Of a stretch of DNA of 43,843 nucleotides, positions 43,380 to 43,843 are shown in pieces. Position numbers and translations under genes: made by a program. This DNA comes from a virus (lineage: Duplodnaviria > Caudoviricetes): the IMG/VR virus record IMGVR_UViG_3300008255_000200, positions 1 through 43,843 of that record; one strand, 5' to 3'. Numbering within the stretch: position 1 is the first letter of the stretch; the number at the start of each line of letters is the position of its first letter. The notes under the pieces were generated by a model that did not search any database, was not told where the DNA came from, and was given only the letters and a program-made list of their open reading frames with translations.

Positions 43380-43843
43380 TGGGCAAGCCGCGCGTCATCC
43401 TCAGCCTGCCGCACCAGGGCTCAGTCAGCGTCGGCACGATGCTGGCCGCGACGCGCATGGCGGCTGATCCGCGCTACGACGTACGCCTGCTGCCACGGTC
43501 CGCGACGCCCTACGAGGCTAACCTGCACGGGATCGTGCAGCACGTCATCGGGAGCGAAGCCGACTGGTGGCTCAACCTCGACGACGACGTGGTGCCGACG
43601 CGCAACCTGCTCGATCTGATCGCGCTTGACCTGGACATCGTGGGCGCGCCCTACCCCAACGTCAACGTCACCGGCGGCCCACGCATGCCTTTCTTCTGGT
43701 CGGCGTTCGACTGGAATCCTGAAGCGCATGCGCACCGCGAGCATCCGCACGGCCCGGACGACGAGCCACTCCAGCGTGTCGACGCCGTGGCATCGGGCTC
43801 CATGCTGGTCGCGCGGCGCGTACTGTTGCGGCTGCGGGCGCCG
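43379..43843 (+). CDS. GT-A fold (GT2-like) glycosyltransferase, 3'-truncated
   Basis: Not in the ORF track because it has no stop in the window. My translation: MGKPRVILSLP...ADWWLNLDDDVVP...DIVGAPY...VDAVASGSMLVARRVL (DxD motif). Confidence 0.75.
   Translation, partial: MGKPRVILSLPHQGSVSVGTMLAATRMAADPRYDVRLLPRSATPYEANLHGIVQHVIGSEADWWLNLDDDVVPTRNLLDLIALDLDIVGAPYPNVNVTGGPRMPFFWSAFDWNPEAHAHREHPHGPDDEPLQRVDAVASGSMLVARRVLLRLRAP

Noticed and set aside
1-43843. CRISPR array, reverse transcriptase/DGR, IS transposase, rRNA, tRNA
   Set aside because: No spaced repeats, YxDD reverse transcriptase, adenine-variable repeat pair, DDE motif or RNA gene seen by eye. The 54-bp repeats are identical, so they are not a DGR template/variable pair.

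Overview
The whole window is phage DNA and very GC-rich. It looks like most of a podovirus-type (P22/T7-like virion module) genome, cut so that it starts in the lysis genes and ends in the tail genes. No host genes or att junction are visible. Layout: (+) lysis genes and three ejection-type proteins, the last 2979 aa (1-12756); (+) an operon with a ribbon-helix-helix (RHH) regulator, tyrosine recombinase, YqaJ exonuclease, RecT, GroES, RusA and an SMC-like ATPase (13010-21864); (-) a C5 DNA methyltransferase and many small accessory genes (21808-26677); two largely non-coding control regions (26680-27510 and 28005-28640); (-) small genes up to 29972; (+) large terminase, portal, scaffold, capsid, adaptor and tail genes and a glycosyltransferase (30294-end). 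Best leads: (1) the methyltransferase lies between 54-bp direct repeats and carries a probable overprinted gene; (2) four DnaA-box-like 9-mers adjoin a ~550-nt hairpin-dense non-coding region, and no initiator, helicase, primase or cI repressor is recognisable in the window; (3) TGTCA/GTCAGAC boxes recur at three promoters and near the DnaA boxes; (4) several proteins carry SSB-tail-like or beta-clamp-like peptides, including a GroES ending EEDIPF; (5) a holin-like protein is fused to a lipoprotein. All family assignments come from motif recognition by eye; no database search or RNA folding was run.
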